From positions 16,898 through 80,897 of the IMG/VR virus record IMGVR_UViG_3300027994_000006: a stretch of 64,000 nt of DNA. One strand, written 5' to 3'. This stretch comes from a virus. Its lineage: Duplodnaviria; Caudoviricetes. Positions 19,501 to 27,411 of this stretch are shown here, piece after piece. A program made the position numbers and the translations under genes. The number at the start of each line of letters is the position of its first letter. The first letter of the stretch is position 1. The notes under the pieces are model-generated. The model was not told the DNA's origin. It made no database searches and saw only the letters and a list, made by a program, of their open reading frames with translations.

Positions 19501-20781
19501 ATCCAAAATTCTTCTTCTGCCATTTGCTTTTCCGGATTCCAATTCAAAGTTATAATCACCTACTTCACCAAATTTATTATAGCCTCGATCATTAAGATAA
19601 TCAGAAAAATCTTGCGAGTAATTTGTTAAAACTTTATTCCATCCTTGAACTTCAGATTGTGTTAATGCTGCATCTTCTTTCGCTTTTCCTTCAAACTGAT
19701 CATTTACAAATTTCCCACGTTGTAGGATGCTGTTAATATATTGTTTAGCCGTATTGGATTTTGATTGATTATCATCAGCAATAGTCTGGTTTGCTAAGGC
19801 GACGGCTTGATCTTCGGGATTGCCTTGCTTGATGTAATCTTGTAATAAATTTTGATACTTGGCTTCCTGGAACTCATCACGGGTCAATACACCGTTTTGT
19901 TGGATGTATTCTTCGCCGAGGACAGATTCTTGCTGTTCCTTCAATCTATTTTCTGCTTCCGCACCTTGTAAGATGGGAGCTATAGACTTGTTGGTTGCAT
20001 CACGTTGATCATAAGCATCTGGTTTTTTATAACCTAATAATTCCTGAATAGGATTTTGACCTACTTCATTAACTTGAAATTGAGGTCTTCCATTCTTTTC
20101 ATCAGGGAGTATTTTTCCCCAACCATTAGATTGCCAATTTTGATATTGAGATAATTCCTGTTCTTTTGTAATTAAACCGCCAATAGAATTTTCGCCTTCA
20201 AATGCGCCGGAAGTAATTACTTCTAATTTTATATCTTTTAGCTTTTTATAATCTATGGTATCAAGAACTTCATTAGGCTGTAATTGCAGAAAATCATCAT
20301 TTGTGGTTTGTGGTTTTTCCTCTTCATCTACACCTAATAATTTCTTTGGACTAATAGTTTGAGTGGTTTTGGGTACAATGGCATTAACCTGATTTGTATT
20401 AGATAAATCAGGTTGAATATTGGTAATAGGTAATTGTGTATTAGAACTTTCTAAACCAGAAGATACCGTTTCTGTCGAAGGCGATTCCAACAAAGTATTG
20501 CTTGCCGTAGAATCCAATCCCAAAGAATTGTCTGCTTGTGCTTGAAGTATCGATTTTTCCTGCGCTTGATTCAAATCCAACTCGTTGCTTATCGGAAGCG
20601 AGGTCATCATCGACGAAGGTGTAGTATTCTCCACTATGAGGTTCTCGGGTAAGGTCTTTTTTTTTTCAGAATCAGTCTCAGTAGGGAGCATTGATTCAAA
20701 TTCTTTAAATGATTTGTAATCCTCAAAAGAAGCTTCTCCGCCGTCGCTTAAGTATTTCTGATATTCTAATTCTTCGTTCAT
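10525..20781 (-). CDS. Giant polyvalent virion/ejection protein (GNAT, ART-like, HExxH zincin, LPD38-like domains)
   Basis: 3418 aa; VQPEYRRKGLASAMY (GNAT motif A); IHNISERGLANALNIGGLPVPSLA...YFEAKPQRAV; NANTAIHEFSHLW; C-terminal PYINAATQG...YKIAVTQPL; last gene of the ejection-protein operon. Confidence 0.85.
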   Translation of the reverse strand: MNEELEYQKYLSDGGEASFEDYKSFKEFESMLPTETDSEKKKTLPENLIVENTTPSSMMTSLPISNELDLNQAQEKSILQAQADNSLGLDSTASNTLLESPSTETVSSGLESSNTQLPITNIQPDLSNTNQVNAIVPKTTQTISPKKLLGVDEEEKPQTTNDDFLQLQPNEVLDTIDYKKLKDIKLEVITSGAFEGENSIGGLITKEQELSQYQNWQSNGWGKILPDEKNGRPQFQVNEVGQNPIQELLGYKKPDAYDQRDATNKSIAPILQGAEAENRLKEQQESVLGEEYIQQNGVLTRDEFQEAKYQNLLQDYIKQGNPEDQAVALANQTIADDNQSKSNTAKQYINSILQRGKFVNDQFEGKAKEDAALTQSEVQGWNKVLTNYSQDFSDYLNDRGYNKFGEVGDYNFELESGKANGRRRILDDFFNWKKQNLSDYSVVLKNRDESNKILINDAVKKKDVAELQRLRELRNNTSIAKINEEIALFKKVNQDEISINQDFDVTEKKKMDAAREYAGYENSEFTDTISYTSKAIGTGIFKVAADVVLAPFALASPISKTTTQLNETINAEVQNPFNVLQSGWSDTVNVYKDEKTGKEYEERFGFVYDKDKSGDLKLNEKLTYDGISGLKKTETYQDRNIASISGTIVNMTATMMAADGIANVVKAGTSSKLLGWGNKSAQTLGKENILTKALYNGAEAAQSYNKSSALAWSYITARQNMQTAQEAGLSPTQAFAYTVFQSAATGLMTRVSPDNIFFKEYSSTNKSLFKLLSQNKIEEGRLIVTDFLKKYAKTAIGENTQEFSEQVVQDVVNEGFNSINEKDNDGKDKFTASSIDDYFAIGEQTSGYTFILNAFNALGRGKIRTSGMNNLEKAIVASQIPEAKKMLYDLSDQSLIGYTFEKAGTMLNQIKEVEKYTSQIPDGVSLSVSQTADVVIKLQQAEALKEKIKENGDSAVNGVIQAQLDEVNKSVDDILKSGLENTKNKKYDLNAKIGEDLITTETTSTNEENPQSPQESEAVQAETNVAETQPNSQNLENSTYTDKEGKNYTINQYGKDPANGIMVTVQDGDKVIGMSNFTQKKDGTISSESTSVQPEYRRKGLASAMYDHLTKQGIKLSPAPDQKADGKNFTDNYFNRILNPTNTVNDAVNDAPNPTPETEISEEELTKNNLEKLKLLQNGNTETTRNNPINDGNAQLGTERLSETQQQGKTNTEGISTAVNTDTSKGNDAVTNNTDAVKIPSSNGKYNIQENKDQSGNTTFQLLDKNGKEVNPKSYKTKAEYVAEVINQKEYPESKVEIQDGMTEADYTAEVLEKSENPKEIAQVLMTTPKFDKGDVVGSKKWVIAQVIGKNVNRDSFIRFGDVNNITDPIARTYFPPQKGGKGIDVIAQEASEMFNQDYSSEAITPQDIVDFIMEFPGDPTKAERPNNPTYTKAEAKFIKLTGERPSKYLLDKLNPSVAKTIESTESQKQKALAEYERLDNVERNKLVIEYDSSFNSLPLEQQISEYEYNRSDEENGDETATEPSNGQRESNPNAGNKTGTNGTVQRQQTNERYAQITKQAFDALIEQLKKPFAKAFKNLNITTDWNAFSTKAKALGLNVNFDSQFQIQNPKPLIVIHNISERGLANALNIGGLPVPSLAITSANNPLTSFGEITLIGDTYLADPKQPTNKVFDTDVYSPRYPRSEKSFKSISDQTKFEKEILDLANQDEKSKFTYLDVEDALNEMRSSQIMTAYMVDNNIKFPDSKYGNGASEYFYNTDGAEQALQDWVEEKTAKYNIEDKIFNGYTPSGYRKYIPHNLENVVKILKGKIKNGENFTYGAGNIRASASKQFKNLEDIKKDRNKIVSKKEIENLKDETQDELSDLLVNIKDNYRYDKNSFSYFDEAAASIGEFAGGKKNALNETFENLSEEQLNTIKEYILKLKNAPTEYFEAKPQRAVALREFKAAVVPKGISDKFLSELNKRGLAVYQYDKKIEGDRQQKVNEASSEQDVQFMRTVNGEIYGAKLPDGTIYINPEKLNANTAIHEFSHLWEQVMPNAWKKGVALFQNTKTGKELYTQLKSDGNYSTLSYEQIWSEALNTHIGNYGEWRNNNPRGKMKELSDWIKNVFSRIGNYFNIKANPETTLKVFTESVVGDLLGGKAIAAEVNADGNTSINYNIVNSNNLIPAKTINEVIEEIQTNGLESGVNKLKESNWYKNLSAAKKQEINTQNLFSENNIVATLIQNEQSRTELAKEIDKVKLAKEKESSKEAIKDLKQVAKEKIAEIKAKYVEEIQKIKFGSKAESRERIAKIRNIQKQAYNDIVNLITSDKIKRSLTPSEANRLIKATANILNANNTQKALDNFIELYNKTNAYEYQKQLENDVKYTEKITQEVKDGFADGKTLQEIYDINPKKYESPRAKDLARKVYDREVSKTKPDDNAYKKVKERQQQVKDALYKFPKLKEVIQNIKRGFIREVSDRQYLPKTILKNINAKATYNRMISYGGASASAKARWEKIYDKIFADMTNKDRDNFNAIVQQRRIVSVDQNRESRGLEPVNHPDNSNQYTAQNALKQMELEIGKPTFDKLNKKADDYFAEFKGLLSDMKKNGIINQEQYDSMADVDYQPRQFMEHLFDMEYDNDGKLISVRPLSGEKFGDSTGLSKDQIRSLEEGSMGILMDDAQLLLATAVGGRTKSFFMNNVNSTFINKDFPQAKTKYETLKSKVASELTSEDKRFLKYFAELQTMVKENPMVGLTPSGKPKFLNEELPSKGWKRAYYFENGIRKEFFMRDDFYDQWHDTMKKFADSDVKEAISVVSGSAVTKMMATGRNPGFALVNTPRDFASVMLFSEEYSNIAPLSLIQLAKDSTKAIGEIFKYNNTEKDNLLSKYLEYGGGMDFLNAQGESPILARLADWGLRLVNKGDGINNKTKNTAGKWFDIATLKSLSQYSETMFRVAVFDRSIQNQLKAFSAKSISDLDQETQDNVYTQAVVSARKVMDFNQGGRSVKALESVIPYINAATQGTRVAVDSVRERPYATTARFLQGATATASLGYAISMALISAFKDDDDERSADEIYLDIKDGLSPFQKRGYIQFINGKKNEDREYTTYKIAVTQPLTPFFTLASNIFDDIIRAKVGRKTKGIGYAFDEFREAFSANVDPFGISDPTKIATKNPIIKALATYASGYDFFRDEQLDGSINKSTLQNEGYKNKKVEDFYKAWGQETGMSPIRTKAAIEAMITSPDTNPFIAMTYGSIDKMVGYDSGFNEKKGFVQTISGGFEKRLTAETSDFGRLSSQLTNDDRKAVNKIASQEELIDFEADKIILKFKDPILSQQTSVGLEIGKLINNKNISPIKKAELAKKVIDKYVDIQTNGKSDPKIFYIKYETHQSANAQAEAIIRMYGKEFIKDPKAMQSLMMNKVLSDNVWMSLMQNYKIQQPNN

Positions 20782-20798
20782 ATTTCGTGTAGTTCTTT

Positions 20799-22307
20799 TT
20801 ATTGATTTTCTCCTTGATTATCTAAAAGGCCTTGATATAATGTGTTTTCAAAATCTTTCTTCATATTTTCCTCAGTGGCTTTCGCTTTAATATTTACTGA
20901 TGTTAATTCATACTCTTTTGATTTTTCGTTCTTCTTTGGTACTATTTTCTGACGAGTTCCGTATTTGATAACCGGAAGGGTAGAAGCCTTAAAGTTTAAT
21001 TCACTGAAAAACTTAACAGGATCTTTAATTTTAGCAGATGTCATTGCGGTTAATGGATTACTGATTGGCTCGTAAACAATATTGCCGTCCTTCGCAAAAC
21101 CGCCGATATAATACCTGTTTGTAACCTTGCCATCTCTTCCTTCAACTGGATGTGCTGAAATAAAATTCGTTGTCCCTGCGAGATTTACCGAAGCTGTTTT
21201 CCCGGTATAATAGCCTTGGTAACTTCCGTCTGGGTTATATGTTCTGATAATGGATGTTTCTGCAGTTGGCACGGCTAACTGCTGTTCTTTTTCCAGCATC
21301 TTTTGAATCTGAACTTTGGTTTTTTTATTGTTTAGATTTTGACCTTCAAGTTGTGCTGCAGTGTATTTATCAATAGTGGATTTTTCTTCTTTTACAAAAC
21401 CATCCATTCTGTCAACATAGGCTTGCTTCACTTTATCCCAATCCTCCTTACTTTTAATAGGTTTATTATTGAGGACATCATAAGAGAACTGTTTTAAGTA
21501 TTGGTCATCATTATTTAAATTGTATTCTCCAAACCTCGTATCGAAACTTTTCTTAGCTGCTTCCGGATTAAATTTTAATGTTTTGGTTGTTCTATTTCCA
21601 CCAATGCCATTCTCAGTTTCAATACTCATAGTTACTGCCTCGGTCTTCATCTGGTCGATAAGCCCGTCTTTTTTATTAACCAATTCTTCGGTATAAGGAT
21701 TTAAAACAGCCTGAGTAGCTTCGTTAAAGTTTTTTTCAATAGTTTCATTAGAATCTGGATCAAGAAATTTTACAGTTGGTCTTCCATTTACATCGAAACC
21801 ATAAGTGACAGCATTAGCTTTTACAGCTCGCATAATCTTCAGGCCGTCGTCACCTCTCCAAATTTTACTTGTATCTGTATTAAGCTTATCAGTAAATAAT
21901 TTGACTTGAACCGGATCACCAAGGAATGTTTTTAATTCCATGTATCCCTTTTGTTTCTCTAATGCCTTTTGAGAATATTGTTGTTTTAAAGTATTGGAAA
22001 CACTTGGATCTTGAGTTATTCGTTTTGCTTCAGCAACTGCATCAAACGTTTCGTTAAACGCTTTATTATCAAAATCTTGGAACATAGAAACTGTTTGAAT
22101 AGGTTCAATCTTAATATCTTTGATTGCATCGTAATAAGTTTTACCTTGATCTTGAGCTAATTTAAGTTTAGCAGCATCTCTTGCTTTTCCTTCTTTAATA
22201 AGTCTATCAATGCCTAAACTGATAAAATCAACAGTATTATCCTGATCTTCTTTTCGATAATTCAGTTCTTTATATGCTGCGAAATTTCCTTGTGGTGTTC
22301 CTGCCAT
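20799..22307 (-). CDS. Internal virion (ejection) protein
   Basis: 502 aa, helical and charged; lies between the pilot-like protein and the giant protein. Confidence 0.6.
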   Translation of the reverse strand: MAGTPQGNFAAYKELNYRKEDQDNTVDFISLGIDRLIKEGKARDAAKLKLAQDQGKTYYDAIKDIKIEPIQTVSMFQDFDNKAFNETFDAVAEAKRITQDPSVSNTLKQQYSQKALEKQKGYMELKTFLGDPVQVKLFTDKLNTDTSKIWRGDDGLKIMRAVKANAVTYGFDVNGRPTVKFLDPDSNETIEKNFNEATQAVLNPYTEELVNKKDGLIDQMKTEAVTMSIETENGIGGNRTTKTLKFNPEAAKKSFDTRFGEYNLNNDDQYLKQFSYDVLNNKPIKSKEDWDKVKQAYVDRMDGFVKEEKSTIDKYTAAQLEGQNLNNKKTKVQIQKMLEKEQQLAVPTAETSIIRTYNPDGSYQGYYTGKTASVNLAGTTNFISAHPVEGRDGKVTNRYYIGGFAKDGNIVYEPISNPLTAMTSAKIKDPVKFFSELNFKASTLPVIKYGTRQKIVPKKNEKSKEYELTSVNIKAKATEENMKKDFENTLYQGLLDNQGENQ

Positions 22308-22309
22308 TA

Positions 22310-23002
22310 TTAGAATAATTTTTTATAGCCAAGCTGAGGCATAGTAAAACTGTTGAAATTATTATTGAAATTCAGTTTTGGAATACGAGTTACTTGCGCA
22401 CCTGGTAAAACTTGACCCGGAGCAATCTGAGCATCTTGATACGCATTCCCTTGTCCGAAGAATCCATTGCCATCAGCCATCGATTGTAATCCTAATGAAG
22501 CAACATTCGTTAATCCATTAGTGATTCCTCCAACCAAAGCATTTTTTGATTGTGCTGCTTGTGCATTAGCTAAATCGAGCTGAGTTCCTAAACCTGCCAA
22601 ATCTGCATTATCTCTCTGCTCTTGCATATTCATAATACCTAATTGTCCTTGAGCTTGTATTTGATCAATCCTTGCCTGCTGTTCATCAAGACCTGCAGCA
22701 ATCTGTGCTTCCTGAGAATTTTGTTGAGCAACGAGATTCGGAAGTAACCCTGCAATAGCACGACTTCCACCCATAGCTGCGAGGTTTCCATAAGTGGCCA
22801 TTGTTCTAGCAATATCCTCACGTTGTCTGTCTGCTCCTAAAGTTGAAACTTGTAATCCATTTGCTGGGTTTACGAGATCCTGACGTTTAAATCCATTGAT
22901 ATTTTTTTGAGTCGCCTCTCTTGCTTTCTTTGCGTTTGATGCCGCTATTGCACCCGTTGTTGCGGTAACTGCTAATCCTATTAATGGTACTGCTACTGGC
23001 AT
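22310..23002 (-). CDS. Pilot/ejection protein (Ala/Gly/Gln-rich)
   Basis: Hydrophobic Gly/Ala N-terminus (LIGLAVTATTGAIAA) and Q-rich helices, like P22 gp7 / T7 gp14-type proteins. Confidence 0.65.
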   Translation of the reverse strand: MPVAVPLIGLAVTATTGAIAASNAKKAREATQKNINGFKRQDLVNPANGLQVSTLGADRQREDIARTMATYGNLAAMGGSRAIAGLLPNLVAQQNSQEAQIAAGLDEQQARIDQIQAQGQLGIMNMQEQRDNADLAGLGTQLDLANAQAAQSKNALVGGITNGLTNVASLGLQSMADGNGFFGQGNAYQDAQIAPGQVLPGAQVTRIPKLNFNNNFNSFTMPQLGYKKLF

Positions 23003-23006
23003 ATTC

Positions 23007-23402
23007 TTATTTGTAATTTATTAGTTCACTGCACTGGTTGCTGGTTTCACGAAAACCTAATTCCTTAAAATCATTTACCAAACCTTTGTTTTCCGTCCAC
23101 GTTGAGATGTATTTGAATCCCAATTCCAGTCTTGCGTATTCATCAAGGCTTTTACAAAATCTCTTTCGTGTATCTTTTGGTAATTTTTTAGCAAGGGGAT
23201 TTCTGGTAATGAATCCCAACATTGCCATTTCGGAAGGACTTGTCCATACAAAACCCACAAAGACAGGGTTTGACTCTTCATCTAAAAGAACCAATCCTTT
23301 GTCTGGGTACATACCAATAGGTAATGCTTGGAGTCGCCAACCTGCTAACCATTCATTCGCCATATCTGCATCTCCGTTTTGTAAAACTCGTGTGATAAAC
23401 AT
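23007..23402 (-). CDS. GNAT-like virion assembly protein
   Basis: 131 aa; position before ejection proteins as for T7 gp13-type genes; alpha/beta pattern ending FKELGF. Confidence 0.5.
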   Translation of the reverse strand: MFITRVLQNGDADMANEWLAGWRLQALPIGMYPDKGLVLLDEESNPVFVGFVWTSPSEMAMLGFITRNPLAKKLPKDTRKRFCKSLDEYARLELGFKYISTWTENKGLVNDFKELGFRETSNQCSELINYK

Positions 23403-23419
23403 TTAGTGCTTGTTTACCT

Positions 23420-23459
23420 CAAAAGTAATATAGGGTAGTGCGTTTGCCGTTTTTGCTTA
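23420..23459 (-). promoter_or_regulatory. Late-class promoter TAAGCAAAA-N23-TACTTTTG
   Basis: Directly upstream of the 23402 ATG; same geometry as sister sites. Confidence 0.75.
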
Positions 23460-23526
23460 AATATTTAGGGTACTGTAAAACTGATTAAAATTATTTGTAT
23501 CTTGGTTTTACAAAAAATTAATCATT

Positions 23527-23655
23527 ATGGCACCAAATAGAGACGCAGGTTCAGGAAAGTATGTATCAAAGGAATACGCTAAGAATAATCCTAAGACTAC
23601 AGTTAAAGAAACTGATAAAAAGAAAACTACTTCGAAACCTCCAAAGAAGAAATAA
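23527..23655 (+). CDS. 42-aa basic peptide MAPNRDAGSGKYVSKEYAKNNPKTTVKETDKKKTTSKPPKKK (absent from ORF track)
   Basis: Translated by hand; A-rich start context; RDAxxGxFV...YAxxxPxTTVxE pattern of a recurrent small-protein family; antisense to the late operon. Confidence 0.7.
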   Translation: MAPNRDAGSGKYVSKEYAKNNPKTTVKETDKKKTTSKPPKKK

Positions 23656-23917
23656 GGTCAATTCTTTTTCTCAAACATCCTTTTGGTATTCTATGAAGGC
23701 CGGAGTATTGATCTGCTGACAGATTAAGTTCATTGAGCTGATTTGCAAGTACTATAAACATATCGGTTTCTTTTATTACAAATCCGGTTTGTTTTACTGT
23801 AAAGCATTCATCGTCAAGGATTCCAGTCATTTCATCTTCAGTATGCCATTTTTCAGGAACTGAATAAGCATCTTCCCATTCGATATAAACTAGTGGGTAT
23901 TTTTCGTTGTTTTCCAT
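23627..23917 (-). CDS. Conserved phage protein (VYIEWEDA...W...GF...IP family)
   Basis: 96 aa, recognisable small beta-rich phage family; overlaps the convergent peptide gene by 29 nt. Confidence 0.7.
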   Translation of the reverse strand: MENNEKYPLVYIEWEDAYSVPEKWHTEDEMTGILDDECFTVKQTGFVIKETDMFIVLANQLNELNLSADQYSGLHRIPKGCLRKRIDLISSLEVSK

Positions 23918-23926
23918 ATATTTTTA

Positions 23927-26900
23927 TTAGGATGGTGTACCCGGTATGAATATCGTCGAAACCGATGTAATATAGTACGGTTCACTTCCTGATTTAGTTA
24001 AAGTGACTTCCATATTTTCACCACGAATTGGAACTCCGTTTGGTCTAAAATCGCCTACTTGCCCTTTCTGTACGCCAACAAAATCACCTACACTTAACCC
24101 TGTTATTGAGGCGACTGTTATAGTTTTACCAAAAATATTAGCGATAGGAATTGTTACACTTCCGGATTCATTAATGATACTATCATTTGAGGTGACTTGA
24201 TTAGAAATAGGGCTGTTAAAAACTAATTGATTACCATTGATTGCTTGTATTCTACCAATCCCGACAACGCCTAATTTAGTGGAAGAATCTCTGAAAATTT
24301 CGGTGTAATAGTAGCTTTCTCGTTTATCATAAACATTCTCGGAAAATTTGGTAGCAGTAAGATTTGTTTTAACTTCGGTGTTCCAGGCTGTATTGCTTTG
24401 AATATACATCGAATTGTAAATTTTATCCGTCACCATTTCAGGATTAACGACAAATTTTACTTTTGCGGAAAAATTACCTTGGCCAGCGAAATTATTATAT
24501 TGCTCTGTAACTTCATCTTCGTACAAAACGCCTTGATATGTTGTAAATATTTTACCAAGCATTCCAAGTTTTGAATCAAATCCGTGGTTGTAATAATGAG
24601 AAAATCCTTTTTGTTCAAAATTAAAAACGACTGCTTCATTATGATCCAAACCTAAAATATAATCTCCAAATCTATAATCATAGGTTGCAGGGAAGTTTTG
24701 ATGAGACATAGTAATATCTACGCCTTCTTGTAAGAATGCTGTTTCTGTACTATTAAGTTCCGTTATCTCCTTGTCCGCAGTGGCTAATATTCTCGTTCGT
24801 TTAGCATCAACCCAATGGATCAAATTGTTTGCATAAACTACACTCTCTGGATGCTGACAGCCGTACTTGTATGGAAGTTCGTAATATCCACCAAGAACTT
24901 CATCTGATAGTGCAACGTTCTCATTTCCTTGCATATCGGCAATTATAGATTTACCATAATATTGATTGATGACTTTGTCAAGACAGAATACTTTTATATT
25001 TCCATCTGTTGAAATAATTTTTGTGATTTCTCCGTGTTCTGGTGGAAGCGATTTCCAATTAATAGTTATTGGATTGAATAGTGGTAATTCATTTATTTTT
25101 AATTCTTGATTGTATAATCCGGAATACGTAATGTCATTTTTTCTCCATAGTTCATTGTAGCCAATTGGAGTTGATAAGTTTGGCCTGAATCTTTGTGATA
25201 ATGCACGACCGTTGAAGTCATCTTTAATTTTAAAAGATTCCATGCCATTTCCCCAAGCTATTCCATTGAAGAATCCTGTATCATGGTAACCATCAATTCC
25301 AGCACCTGTGTGCTGATTATTTACTATATCAAAAGTATTATTAGCTTCATAATAAAAAGTATCGATGACATCTTTATTTAATGTTCTGATAAATTGGGCA
25401 GCATTACCTCTTATAACAAAAATTGAAGCTATAATTTCATACCTGCATTGTTCCGTTCCGTCTAAACCATACTCTGCCTTTAGTTTTGACAGTAGGAAAT
25501 TGTTTCCAATAAATGAAATTGAAGTAGTTGTGTTAGAGTAATCGTAAAAAAGAACATCTATTTTATCAGCGATAGCATCATATATATTATTATAATCTTG
25601 ATCTATAATTATTGTTTGTTCAAATGTGTAATTTATATCTAAAGTATTAACTAATGCATTTTTAATCTTTGATGTAATATTTATAGTTATTCTATCATTA
25701 ACATATAAATTCCCAAATATTTTTTGCCCTGGAATGGAATCATTTATCTCTACTTCCGTTGTTAAAACATTTACATCTACTGAATCAATATCAGCTAATG
25801 CAACTTTCAGTTTTACACCACTTTCTCCAGAATTTTGTTTTATATCTAAATTTTTTGCGCCTTCAACAATGGCATATGTTCCATCAACACCTAAAGGAAT
25901 ATCAATATTTTTAATGAATTGCACGTCATTGACCGTCATTTCTTCATATTGAGTTATTGAAGATGCTGTCAAAAAAAACTTATCATCTTTCTTTAGCTTG
26001 TTTAAATTGTCATTATCGAGAAGGATATATAATTTATCATTAAATTTACGAACCAATCCTGAAAATATATTTTCGTAATTTAATTTTTGTGACATTACTA
26101 CCCACTTAAATTTAACAGCCCATTCCGGAGGTTTTTGGGTAGAATTTATTTTAGCTTTAATACTATTCATAAATGTCCTCTTCTCAAAGGGAACATAGAT
26201 TTCATTCTTAGTGTCATCGTTGTTGCCTAATACAGTAGTACATTCGTTGTATTCGTCATAATATACAATACCTAACTTGTAATTGAATAGTGATACTGTA
26301 GTTCTTTTTGTGCCTTCAAAATCATTAATCTCAATGGAGTCTAATCTATATTCCATGTCGATATTGACATTATTCCCATCCTTATCCTTCAGATCATAAT
26401 TTTCTTTGTAATTAGCAAAGAAAAGGCGACTTCCAATATAGTCTTGTGCTTTCGGGTATTTTGGAATATTACTATAAAGTAAATCTAGTACATTAGGGGG
26501 CATGAGTGTGTAATTGCTTGAAAAGTTATACTTTACTTCAATTATAGAGTTATCTTGGATGTTCAGTTTATCCTTATCAGCGGTATAAATAATATATCCA
26601 TTATTAGTATCGTGTTCTCTGGCAATCACTTCAACACCAACAACTCTTTCGTCACCGGAGTTTATCGATAGTTTTACACCGCTTAGTTTATTTACCATTG
26701 ATGTGTTCTCCCTTTTATCATTGGTGTTCATAGATTGGCCTTTCTCAATAAAAGCAGGATCTGAATAAAATGACAATACGGAATAGCTTGAATCTGCATA
26801 TTTGTATCGATAGGCGAAACTTACAAATCTATTCCTAAGATCTTCTTTACTATTATTTACATATTCATCCAAGATTACAGGAGCCTTCTCAGGTGGTTTT

Positions 26901-27406
26901 TTATTGATAATAACATCAGATAGAGTAAAGCTTGTTAAATAGCTCTTTGTTAAGTCAACACTTCTTGGTCTTTCCCAAAACTCACTTGAAAAAACCAGAA
27001 AATTGCCAATTTGATTAACGCTATTGAGATAGTATCTTTTAGTTTTAGGTAAATTATTTTGCCATATGAATAAATCAAATCTCAAATGAATATAATCCTG
27101 GATAATCACCCTTGAAAGTCTCGTAACAACATCTGTCTCAATAATTTTTGAAAACCCATCAGCACGTGCAAGAAAATTATACAACTTATTATTATCGCCT
27201 TGGAACATCCTTACAGAAACCATTGTCCCATTTTCAGAATAATCAGCAATCTGTTCACTCCCCTTGATAAATCTAAGCGTACCGTTTTCTCCGTAACCAG
27301 TCGGGCGCATATTAAGGAGATAGCTGTATGATTTATTATCAAGAAAAGAATAGTTGGTGTCACTATCCATTCTTGGGATTGCAAATATATTGGTTACTTT
27401 CTCCAT
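23927..27406 (-). CDS. Tail nozzle / head stabilisation protein (P22 gp10 / T7 gp12 / crAss muzzle-like)
   Basis: 1159 aa; N-terminal MDSDT...SYLLNMR; KYPKAQDYIGSRLFFANY; C-terminal YGCQHPESV...WVDAK propeller pattern. Confidence 0.75.
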   Translation of the reverse strand: MEKVTNIFAIPRMDSDTNYSFLDNKSYSYLLNMRPTGYGENGTLRFIKGSEQIADYSENGTMVSVRMFQGDNNKLYNFLARADGFSKIIETDVVTRLSRVIIQDYIHLRFDLFIWQNNLPKTKRYYLNSVNQIGNFLVFSSEFWERPRSVDLTKSYLTSFTLSDVIINKKPPEKAPVILDEYVNNSKEDLRNRFVSFAYRYKYADSSYSVLSFYSDPAFIEKGQSMNTNDKRENTSMVNKLSGVKLSINSGDERVVGVEVIAREHDTNNGYIIYTADKDKLNIQDNSIIEVKYNFSSNYTLMPPNVLDLLYSNIPKYPKAQDYIGSRLFFANYKENYDLKDKDGNNVNIDMEYRLDSIEINDFEGTKRTTVSLFNYKLGIVYYDEYNECTTVLGNNDDTKNEIYVPFEKRTFMNSIKAKINSTQKPPEWAVKFKWVVMSQKLNYENIFSGLVRKFNDKLYILLDNDNLNKLKKDDKFFLTASSITQYEEMTVNDVQFIKNIDIPLGVDGTYAIVEGAKNLDIKQNSGESGVKLKVALADIDSVDVNVLTTEVEINDSIPGQKIFGNLYVNDRITINITSKIKNALVNTLDINYTFEQTIIIDQDYNNIYDAIADKIDVLFYDYSNTTTSISFIGNNFLLSKLKAEYGLDGTEQCRYEIIASIFVIRGNAAQFIRTLNKDVIDTFYYEANNTFDIVNNQHTGAGIDGYHDTGFFNGIAWGNGMESFKIKDDFNGRALSQRFRPNLSTPIGYNELWRKNDITYSGLYNQELKINELPLFNPITINWKSLPPEHGEITKIISTDGNIKVFCLDKVINQYYGKSIIADMQGNENVALSDEVLGGYYELPYKYGCQHPESVVYANNLIHWVDAKRTRILATADKEITELNSTETAFLQEGVDITMSHQNFPATYDYRFGDYILGLDHNEAVVFNFEQKGFSHYYNHGFDSKLGMLGKIFTTYQGVLYEDEVTEQYNNFAGQGNFSAKVKFVVNPEMVTDKIYNSMYIQSNTAWNTEVKTNLTATKFSENVYDKRESYYYTEIFRDSSTKLGVVGIGRIQAINGNQLVFNSPISNQVTSNDSIINESGSVTIPIANIFGKTITVASITGLSVGDFVGVQKGQVGDFRPNGVPIRGENMEVTLTKSGSEPYYITSVSTIFIPGTPS

Positions 27407-27411
27407 TCTGA

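Noticed and set aside
10525-20781. Giant protein as a crAss/N4-type virion RNA polymerase
   Set aside because: No DxDxD (DFDID/NADFDGD) or T7-like polymerase motifs found; the recognisable domains are polyvalent-protein types.
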